Shown one piece after another: positions 50,997 to 58,681 of a stretch of 64,000 bases of DNA (its first letter is position 1; the number at the start of each line of letters is the position of its first letter). The notes under the pieces were generated by a model. That model saw nothing but the letters and a program-made list of their open reading frames with translations. It searched no databases and had not been told where the DNA came from. The translations under genes and the position numbers were made by a program. Source of the stretch: a virus. The stretch covers positions 22,844-86,843 of IMG/VR virus record IMGVR_UViG_3300023174_000118; one strand, 5' to 3'.

Positions 50997-52352
50997 TTAG
51001 TAATATAAAAATATTACTCCGTCTCCGCCTTTACCTGAAAATGCACCATTAGAAGATGCACCACCGCCGCCTCCACCAAGTCCGCCATTACCGCCAGCAT
51101 TTCCTACACCATTTTCTCCATTTGCAAGATAGCCTGCGCCGCCTCCGCCTCCGCCAAATAAAATTCCTGTTCCTGTTGATCCAGATCCACCAACAAATCT
51201 ATCACTATTACCTCCAAGCCCTGTTCCTGAAGTTACAACTCCAGTTGTACAGGCTGATCCTGCTCCGCCACCAATAGCGCCCCTACCACCGTTGGGAATG
51301 AAATATGCGCCAGTTGCTGGTATTGCTGCTCCGCCGCCGCTTCCAGAAACTCCATCAAAACCACCAGTACTTCCCGTTGCGCCTCCTGCGCCATAACCAA
51401 TTACATTATTTGATGCAGAAGGTGCTCCAGTATAAGAAGCTCCACTTGAACCACCTCCAATAGTTGCTGTTCCGCCGCCACCTGCTCCACCAATTCCTGC
51501 TCCAGGTGACGGAGAAAAACCAGCATTTCTTCCGCCTTCTCCTCCACCAGCTAAAACTTGTCCATAAATAGTTTGTTGTCCAGAGTTTGATGATGTATAA
51601 GAACCAGTACATGCTATAGATGCACCTCCACTGCCTACTATTGCTGTATCTGAAACAAATGCCCAACCAGCAGATATGCCTCCTGCTCCGCCACCGCCGC
51701 CGCCACCACCATTATATGCAGTTCCGCCAGAACCAGTTCCTGTTATAGCATTTGTAAATGAAAATTGTGTTGAAGAAGCTGCTGTAACTGTTGCATATGC
51801 ATTATTAAGAGAAGCTCCAGATATTTGAGTAATTCCAGAAACATTTACAGTATCTCCAATAACAAAATTATTGTTGGCTATATATACTGCATTTACACCA
51901 TTTCCATATGCAGAAGTTATTGTAGTTGAAGTGCTTAATCTACCTGCTCCACCTGCTCCTCCGCCGCCAATACATACTGCATAAACTCTTTTGACATTTG
52001 AAGGAATTACAACAGATCCACTAGTTACACTACCTCCAGAAGTATATGTATTTGATGAAGCTAAAGTATTTAAAATAGTAAATGATGTACTTGTAACAGA
52101 ATAAATTGTTGCATTATTTATATTAAATCCTATATTTGCAGTTGCTGATAAATTATTATTTGATACAATGCCTGTAATAGAAACAATTTGTCCTGCTCTA
52201 TAAAAATTTGGACAACCATAGGTTATATATGAACCATTTGCTACAGCACTAACAATTGAGTAGGTTGCTTTAGTTTCATATATTGTTTGTCTAAGTTTTA
52301 ATCCATATGGGGTTTCACTATATTGTGAATTTTCATAAAATGTATTTGTCAT
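50997..52352 (-). CDS. Polyglycine protein, class A, with two inserted beta modules
   Basis: FYENSQYSETPYGLKLRQ, RVYAVCIGGGG, SAGW, ends IFLYY; two ITY/VY...GQ/D.V.I.G inserts. Confidence 0.85.
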   Translation of the reverse strand: MTNTFYENSQYSETPYGLKLRQTIYETKATYSIVSAVANGSYITYGCPNFYRAGQIVSITGIVSNNNLSATANIGFNINNATIYSVTSTSFTILNTLASSNTYTSGGSVTSGSVVIPSNVKRVYAVCIGGGGAGGAGRLSTSTTITSAYGNGVNAVYIANNNFVIGDTVNVSGITQISGASLNNAYATVTAASSTQFSFTNAITGTGSGGTAYNGGGGGGGGAGGISAGWAFVSDTAIVGSGGASIACTGSYTSSNSGQQTIYGQVLAGGGEGGRNAGFSPSPGAGIGGAGGGGTATIGGGSSGASYTGAPSASNNVIGYGAGGATGSTGGFDGVSGSGGGAAIPATGAYFIPNGGRGAIGGGAGSACTTGVVTSGTGLGGNSDRFVGGSGSTGTGILFGGGGGGAGYLANGENGVGNAGGNGGLGGGGGGASSNGAFSGKGGDGVIFLYY

Positions 52353-52355
52353 ATA

Positions 52356-53165
52356 TTAATAGTATAGCAAGACTAAGCCATTGCCCCCACTTCCGCCAGT
52401 TCCATTTGGTGAAGTTCCTCCACCGCCGCCTCCGCCTGCGCCTCCGTTACCACCTGCGCCAGCTGTTCCATTTGAGCCAGGTCCTGCATAACCTGCACCT
52501 CCGCCGCCGCTACCTGGTGCAGACCCACCAGTTCCGCCAGTGTATAAATCACCAGTTCCACCGTTTGCTCCAAAACCAGTTACAGATCCACCTCCGCCGC
52601 CACATATAAGTCCTCTACCTGCAGAATAAGTATTATTAAAATTACTTACTCCTCCACCTGCTCCAGTTGTTACCCCATCACCACCGTTTCCAAAAGCAAA
52701 TCCACCTCCAGAGGCATAGCTAATTCCTGAAGCTCCTACACCTGGTGCACCAGTATATGATGTTGTTGAGCTATTACTTGACCCTGTTGTTGCTCCACCT
52801 GATCCACCAGAGCTTCCATTATTGAGAGATCCAGCGCCTCCTCCTGCAAAAACCATTCCATAAATTGATCCTGTTCCTGAAGCACCAGTTACTGGGCTTG
52901 AATTTCCAACTCCACCTGCGCCTACTGTTACAATATTAGATGCATAAGTCCATCCCATAGAAAAACCACCTGCGCCGCCGCCACCTGTACCAGTTGTTGA
53001 TGAACTACCAGCTGCACCGCCGCCGCCAATAACTATTGCCCATACTCTTTTTATTCCTGGCGGAATTGTTACAGAAAAAGTTCCTGGAGTAGAAAAAGTT
53101 TGTTGAAGCTTTAATCCGTACGGTCCATCCGTAAAGTTTGCTTGATTATATATTGTTGTTATCAT
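52356..53165 (-). CDS. Polyglycine protein, class A
   Basis: IYNQANFTDGPYGLKLQQ, SMGWTY, YGMV, ends VLLYY. Confidence 0.85.
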   Translation of the reverse strand: MITTIYNQANFTDGPYGLKLQQTFSTPGTFSVTIPPGIKRVWAIVIGGGGAAGSSSTTGTGGGGAGGFSMGWTYASNIVTVGAGGVGNSSPVTGASGTGSIYGMVFAGGGAGSLNNGSSGGSGGATTGSSNSSTTSYTGAPGVGASGISYASGGGFAFGNGGDGVTTGAGGGVSNFNNTYSAGRGLICGGGGGSVTGFGANGGTGDLYTGGTGGSAPGSGGGGAGYAGPGSNGTAGAGGNGGAGGGGGGGTSPNGTGGSGGNGLVLLYY

Positions 53166-53168
53166 AGT

Positions 53169-54056
53169 TTAATAATATAGGTAAAGTATTCCTGCTCCAC
53201 CCACCCCTCCTGAAGCTCCTCCACCTGCTGCTCCGCCTCCAAGACCGCCTGTTCCACCATTCATTCCAGAACCATTTGTTCCGTTGCCTGCAGTTCCTGC
53301 GCCACCTCCGCCAGATCCACCGTTGTTACCAGTATTAATTCCGCCTAAACCTCCATATGTTTTTTGTCCAGTACTTATATTAATACCGTTTCCACCATTA
53401 CCGCCAATGGCTAAATTAGCAGTATTGCGTGAACAACCTCCGCCTCCACCTGCTAAACCTGAACCACCATTACCAGCAATAGCGGTTCCTGCAACTACTG
53501 TATTTGGTCCTCCACCTCCTCCAGAAATTCCATCACCGCCTTCACCTGCTGGAACTGAAGCGGAACCTGAAGTTCCTCCACCACCAGCACCAGATCCTAA
53601 ATTACCTTTTAATGCATTAAGTCCTCCAGTTCCACCAGGCATACCCCAATAATTAGTTGCTCCAGAATATCCTCCACCTCCTGCACCGCCAAGCAAATTT
53701 CCCGCTATATTACTTCCTCCACCTGCCAGTATATTTCCGTAACGTGTATAGCCGCCCGAACCATTTACTGAACCACCAGCGCCAATAACACAATATGGCA
53801 CTTTAACAGACCAACCCCAAGTAATTCCGCCTGCGCCTCCTCCACCGCCATTGCCTGAACCTCCACCGCCTCCAACTGCAATAGCATATACAAAATTAAT
53901 TCCTGCGGGAATTGTAACAGAGCCTGTTGATGTAATAACTTGTTGTAATTTTAAGCCATAAGGAGTAATTGAAGACACAAATGAAGCAGCTGATTGTGAT
54001 GATCCAAAATCAGATACTTGTCCTCCAGACTGTCCTCTTTTAATTGGATTAGCCAT
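53169..54056 (-). CDS. Polyglycine protein, class B
   Basis: GQVSDF, PYGLKLQQ, WGW, YTRYGNI, TNYWG, ends ILYLYY. Confidence 0.85.
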   Translation of the reverse strand: MANPIKRGQSGGQVSDFGSSQSAASFVSSITPYGLKLQQVITSTGSVTIPAGINFVYAIAVGGGGGSGNGGGGGAGGITWGWSVKVPYCVIGAGGSVNGSGGYTRYGNILAGGGSNIAGNLLGGAGGGGYSGATNYWGMPGGTGGLNALKGNLGSGAGGGGTSGSASVPAGEGGDGISGGGGGPNTVVAGTAIAGNGGSGLAGGGGGCSRNTANLAIGGNGGNGINISTGQKTYGGLGGINTGNNGGSGGGGAGTAGNGTNGSGMNGGTGGLGGGAAGGGASGGVGGAGILYLYY

Positions 54057-54067
54057 TTGTTACCTCC

Positions 54068-54931
54068 TTAGTAATATAAATAAATAATACCATTTCCGCC
54101 AGATCCAGTTGTTCCGCCGCCGCCGTTTGCTCCACCACCGCCGCCGCCTAAGCCGCCGTTGCCACCATTAATTCCAGAAGCATTAAAACCATTACCTGAT
54201 ATCCCACCACCGCCGCCGCCACCTGCGCCGCCGTTAGGAACAGTAGCGCCTATTCCACCAGTTGTTATTTGTCCAGTAATAATATTAAATCCATCACCGC
54301 CGTTGCCACCAATGCGAGTACCAGTTGTTCCGCTTGCGCCGCCTCCGCCGCCACCTGCTAAACCGTTACCGCCGTTGCCTGCTGTGTTAGTTTGAGTGCC
54401 ACTTGCTCCTGCATATCCACCACCGCCACCTGAAATTGAGTTTACGCCATTACTTCCTGAAATAACACTACCACCGAAGGCGCCATTTCCTCCTGCTACT
54501 GGCGTTCCCCAATAATTTGTTGAGCCAGCATATGTTGAGTTATTTGTTGAACCACCTCCTGCCGAACCTAAAACTCCACCGCTATTTACTCCAGCGCCGC
54601 CGCCTGCAATTATGTATCCATAACGAGTATATCCGCCGCCTCCGTTACCTGTTCCTCCTGCTCCAACTATACAAGAAGGTGCTGGTAGAGTCCAACCCCA
54701 AGCAATTCCGCCTGCCCCTGCTAGATTAGCACCACCTGCTCCTGCCAATACAACATAAACCCATGTAATGTTTGCTGGAATAGTTACTGATCCTGTTGAT
54801 AAAATTGTTTGCTGTAATTTAAGTCCATATGGAGATGCCATAGAACTTTGAGAATAATTTAAAAATCTTTCATTTGATGGAAACCAGTTAGATACTTGAC
54901 CTACTTGCTTTTTATTAATTGGATTTGTCAT
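54068..54931 (-). CDS. Polyglycine protein, class B
   Basis: GQVSNW, PYGLKLQQ, AWGWT, YTRYG, TNYWG, ends IIYLYY. Confidence 0.85.
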   Translation of the reverse strand: MTNPINKKQVGQVSNWFPSNERFLNYSQSSMASPYGLKLQQTILSTGSVTIPANITWVYVVLAGAGGANLAGAGGIAWGWTLPAPSCIVGAGGTGNGGGGYTRYGYIIAGGGAGVNSGGVLGSAGGGSTNNSTYAGSTNYWGTPVAGGNGAFGGSVISGSNGVNSISGGGGGYAGASGTQTNTAGNGGNGLAGGGGGGASGTTGTRIGGNGGDGFNIITGQITTGGIGATVPNGGAGGGGGGGISGNGFNASGINGGNGGLGGGGGGANGGGGTTGSGGNGIIYLYY

Positions 54932-55296
54932 TAGCTAAACACCTGTGTAGATATTACTATTTGATCTGCACTAGTATCTAGTGATATAGTACGGTTGTTT
55001 GTTAAGTCCCCGCCTCCTAACAATGGTGTTGATGTGTTAATTGTTAAAGAAGATGGCGGGACGCCTAAAGTATTTGAAGTTGTATCAATCCATAATGTTT
55101 CTATAGAGGCGGGAGTAGAACTAGAAGCAACAATTCCTTGAGAACCTTTTATGCCCTGTATACCTTGAGTTCCCTGTAAACCTTGTATAGGATTAGTTAT
55201 AACAGCTTTCCAAGATGATCCCGTCCATATCCATGTTTTGCCGTCAAAAGAATAGGTGTCATTTGTTGCTGGACTATTTGGAAAATTAATTGGCAT
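54931..55296 (-). CDS. Short fibre/linker protein
   Basis: MPINFP...TWIWTGSSW, GxQ triplets, PLLGGGDLTNNRTISL, ends DQIVISTQVFS. Confidence 0.75.
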   Translation of the reverse strand: MPINFPNSPATNDTYSFDGKTWIWTGSSWKAVITNPIQGLQGTQGIQGIKGSQGIVASSSTPASIETLWIDTTSNTLGVPPSSLTINTSTPLLGGGDLTNNRTISLDTSADQIVISTQVFS

Positions 55297-55306
55297 CTTC
55301 TATTCC

Positions 55307-55711
55307 TTACCTAAATACCTGCATTGAAATAACTGCTTGATCTAAATCATATACTGCAGAACCTGTAATTCCTTGAAGTCCATTTGGTCCTTGTAGGCCT
55401 AATGTTCCTTGAAGACCTTGTATACCGCTTCCGCCTGTAATTCCTTGTGGACCTAATATTCCTTGAACTCCTGCATATCCTACTGCATTTAATTCTACCC
55501 ATGCAGATGAATCTCCATCATTTACATAAGTATATACTACTCCATCATTTGAATTTACCCATCTTGCTCCTAATGCTGGAGAAGAAGGAGCAGTATCTGA
55601 ATATATATAAGGAATGACTAAAGAACCATCACCCATAAGCTGTTGGCTTGAATTTGCTCCTTGAATAGATATAGATGGAGCTTGAATTGGTACTTTAAAT
55701 TCTCTAGTCAC
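55307..55711 (-). CDS. Short collagen-containing fibre/linker protein
   Basis: GTG start after GGAG; TAPSSPALGARW motif, GxQ run, ends DQAVISMQVFR. Confidence 0.75.
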   Translation of the reverse strand: MTREFKVPIQAPSISIQGANSSQQLMGDGSLVIPYIYSDTAPSSPALGARWVNSNDGVVYTYVNDGDSSAWVELNAVGYAGVQGILGPQGITGGSGIQGLQGTLGLQGPNGLQGITGSAVYDLDQAVISMQVFR

Positions 55712-55725
55712 TATTCTCCAATTTT

Positions 55726-55757
55726 AAAAGGGGGAGAAGTTATGTTTTCTCCCCCTC
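55726..55757 (-). terminator. Intrinsic terminator
   Basis: AGGGGGAGAA-N8-TTCTCCCCCT with a T-run on the minus strand. Confidence 0.75.
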
Positions 55758-55775
55758 TAATTATACTATTTAATA

Positions 55776-57479
55776 CTATCCTATAACAACTACTCTATAT
55801 TGATTATTTGTAGGGGCTACAGAAAATCCAAGGGTAATTTGTGAGGATGAAGTCAATGTCACATCGCAATCAACTTGTACATTAGAAGTGGCATCATATA
55901 CATTTACATGCACATATTGATTTCCTAATGAGTGTGTTACTGGAATTGCTGTTAATACACCATTTCCGACTAATGAAGTATATTTTCTAGCAACAACTGT
56001 TGTATCAATTGCTACATCATCAGTATTTACAACAATACCTGTTCCTGCGCCAACTTGTATTGTGTTGCCAGTCTTTGTGAGACCTGCTCCTGCAGTTACT
56101 TGGCCTAGACCAGTAAACTGTGTAAATACTAATGCTGTGGTTCCAACTGTTACGGCACCATCATTTGTTAATGTCCAGCCAGAGTCTGCATTTGTAGTTC
56201 CTTCTTCAACAAAAACTGCAAATGATGCTGTAATTTCTGCATCGACGTTGGCATCTGTTGAGCGAGTTGGTGCTCCAGTTGCGTTAACAGTATAAATACC
56301 GTTTTGAGATCCAGTTGCTTGATTCTTAAGAAGAATTCTATTTCCAGTAACTAATGTTACTCCATCAATTATAGACCCATTGGCAAAATCTGTTGCTAGT
56401 GTCCCTGTTGCTGTTGTTGCTGCACGTACTGATGCTTTCCAGTCAATTCCAACTACTGCATTATCTACATAAGCTTTTGTTGCTGCATCTTGTGCTGATA
56501 CTGGATCTGCAAGACCTGTAATCTTAAATGATCCTGCTGCTAAGTCTGCACCAAGAGTTGTGCTAGCGCCTAAAGTTTTATTTGTTAGCGTTTGTGACCC
56601 AGTTAATGTTGCAACTGTTGAATCAATTGCTACAGTTACTGCGGCGGAACCATTATATGATGTCCCACTTAATCCTGTTCCAATTGTTAATGCGTCTAAA
56701 TTATTTCCTAGCGCTTTACCAGAAATTGTTGAGTTTGAAAGAGCTGAGTTAGGTATATTAGTTAATGTATTAGATGAACCAGAGATTGATTTGTTTGTAA
56801 GTGTTGCTGCTTTATCATCTGGACTAATTACTCTAAGTGCTGCGCCATCACCAATTTTTAATTGATCATTTGTTCCGTCCCACGCAATTCTTCCTTCTGT
56901 TGTAGAAGTTGTAGCATCAAGTGTGAGTACTGGAGTATTTATTGTTGGAGAAGTTAAAGTTTTATTTGTAAGAGTATCTGTAGTTGCCCTACCTACTAAA
57001 GTATCTGTTGCATCTGGCAAAGTAAGTGTTTTAGCGGTTGTAAATCCTGTGGCAATTGTACCTGTAACTCCAGTTGTGCCTGCTACATCAAATTTAATTG
57101 CTTTTGTTGCATCTGTTACATCAACAATTGTTGTTGTACTATCAGAAAGCTTTTTATTTGTTAGTGTTTGTGCTGTTGTTAAATCTGCTGTTACGGCAGT
57201 ATCAATAGCAAATGTTAATGTATTGGCTCCATCATTGTAGGTCTTAGTAATACCTGTTCCGCCGACTGTAAATGCACCTACAATATCTTGTACTGCTTCA
57301 GTATCTCCTGATGCTGGGATCCATGCGGTAGCATTCCAGAAATAAAGAACATTTGTTGTTGTGTCATAATAAACTTGTCCCGCTACAGGGCTTGATGGGG
57401 CTGAGCTTAAGTTTTGAATTCTTGCATTTTGGAGCTCATTCTTATTAAGATTGATATCCGTTACAAATAATCTTGCCAT
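55776..57479 (-). CDS. Fibre/decoration protein
   Basis: QTLTNKTL repeats, KITGLADPVSAQDAATKAYVD, RILLKNQ..QNGIY; biased codons and its own terminator suggest high expression. Confidence 0.75.
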   Translation of the reverse strand: MARLFVTDINLNKNELQNARIQNLSSAPSSPVAGQVYYDTTTNVLYFWNATAWIPASGDTEAVQDIVGAFTVGGTGITKTYNDGANTLTFAIDTAVTADLTTAQTLTNKKLSDSTTTIVDVTDATKAIKFDVAGTTGVTGTIATGFTTAKTLTLPDATDTLVGRATTDTLTNKTLTSPTINTPVLTLDATTSTTEGRIAWDGTNDQLKIGDGAALRVISPDDKAATLTNKSISGSSNTLTNIPNSALSNSTISGKALGNNLDALTIGTGLSGTSYNGSAAVTVAIDSTVATLTGSQTLTNKTLGASTTLGADLAAGSFKITGLADPVSAQDAATKAYVDNAVVGIDWKASVRAATTATGTLATDFANGSIIDGVTLVTGNRILLKNQATGSQNGIYTVNATGAPTRSTDANVDAEITASFAVFVEEGTTNADSGWTLTNDGAVTVGTTALVFTQFTGLGQVTAGAGLTKTGNTIQVGAGTGIVVNTDDVAIDTTVVARKYTSLVGNGVLTAIPVTHSLGNQYVHVNVYDATSNVQVDCDVTLTSSSQITLGFSVAPTNNQYRVVVIG

Positions 57480-57491
57480 TTCTATTCTCCT

Positions 57492-57953
57492 TTAAGACAG
57501 ATATGCTGTCCCACCGAATGGTTGAGCCATTATCAGTGTTATTTTATTAATACTATTATAATCTATTCCAGTCTCTAATACGTCCCCAGCGCTATTTTTT
57601 ACTGTTACATTAGGGTTGTGTCCAAGATTATGGGTTATTTCCAAATAGTGGTAAGATCCAGCATTAACAAGCTGTCCAATTGAAAATGGATAGGTTAATG
57701 TTGCATTTAAAGCAAAGCTTGCTGATCCTGACCATGTTATATTTGAGGTCTTTGGCCCATAAAATTTTGTTGTTTGCTTGTCGTAATAAAAATCGCCTTC
57801 AAGACCTAAATTTTCTGAAGGTACTCCGTCACCATTTAATATTGATTTTCCTCTAGGACCTTGTGAGCCTGGGGATAGAACATTAACGCTGTTTGTAGTT
57901 TCTTGAACTATTACAGAGTTGATTTGTTCATTTACTACTACTATTTCTGACAT
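57492..57953 (-). CDS. Virion accessory protein
   Basis: GPRG...GLEGDFYYD...YGPK and ITHNLGHNPNVTV motifs. Confidence 0.65.
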   Translation of the reverse strand: MSEIVVVNEQINSVIVQETTNSVNVLSPGSQGPRGKSILNGDGVPSENLGLEGDFYYDKQTTKFYGPKTSNITWSGSASFALNATLTYPFSIGQLVNAGSYHYLEITHNLGHNPNVTVKNSAGDVLETGIDYNSINKITLIMAQPFGGTAYLS

Positions 57954-58300
57954 TAAATAGTCACACTCCTGCTGAGGGTCATATATCCTTCTATTAATTT
58001 TATTTTATTAGAGTTAGAATCTGTAATCATAATGTCATACTCGGATTTAGGATAAAAAAGTTTATTTGTTTGATCGGGAGTCATTTTAATTGTTACTTTG
58101 CCAGCAGCCCCATCTATTGTTATTCCGCTTGAAGGTGAGGTAAGAGTAACGGCTAATTTTGATCCGCCTTTTGTATCACGAACCTGCATTTTAGCAGAAG
58201 CACCAGTTAGATTAATGGCTGCTCCAGCTGCATCTTTATACTCTACTATAAAACTAAAAGTAGCATTTTGATCTACTTCAAAATTTTTTTGACCTGCCAT
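57953..58300 (-). CDS. Ig-like (BppU-N-like) fibre attachment protein
   Basis: DQNATF, INLTGASAKMQVR, YDIMI...LIEG; first gene of the accessory block. Confidence 0.6.
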   Translation of the reverse strand: MAGQKNFEVDQNATFSFIVEYKDAAGAAINLTGASAKMQVRDTKGGSKLAVTLTSPSSGITIDGAAGKVTIKMTPDQTNKLFYPKSEYDIMITDSNSNKIKLIEGYMTLSRSVTI

Positions 58301-58372
58301 TTTATAACTCCTAAATAGGAAAACTCCTATGCTTATTTTAGCATAAGAGCGGTCCTAATAGTAATTGTTAAA

Positions 58373-58615
58373 TTACTTGTTTGTAAACCCAAATTCTTTG
58401 TTTGCTGGGCTTAGAGCCTTAAGAATAACTGGAGCCACTGCGGCAAATCCACCCATCAAAAGATCTCTTGGGCTTGTATTACCAGTCATATATAGAGCGA
58501 TTGCTGCTGAAAGAAATGCACGAGCATAAGTTCCAAGTGCTGCTAAAATCTGTTCTGTCATAACTACTTTCCCATCCTTGTTTAAATCGGCCTTGTCAAA
58601 TTTTTTTGTGGCCAT
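58373..58615 (-). CDS. Holin-like membrane protein with an EF-hand-like N-terminal loop
   Basis: Two hydrophobic segments, TYARAF...ALSP.NKEFG; DLNKDGKV. Confidence 0.55.
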   Translation of the reverse strand: MATKKFDKADLNKDGKVVMTEQILAALGTYARAFLSAAIALYMTGNTSPRDLLMGGFAAVAPVILKALSPANKEFGFTNK

Positions 58616-58681
58616 ATTATCATCTCCTAACAGGACACGGTGCCCTGTAAATTTGGCTTTTACGCCAATACTATTCTACCA

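Noticed and set aside
39103-54395. Plus-strand Pro-rich or His/Arg-rich ORFs over the polyglycine genes
   Set aside because: Antisense shadows of GGN codon runs; no SD or promoter support.
39060-54931. Diversity-generating retroelement or invertase shufflon acting on the paralogues
   Set aside because: No reverse transcriptase or recombinase in the window, no adenine-specific TR/VR pair seen, and all copies are complete genes in the same orientation.
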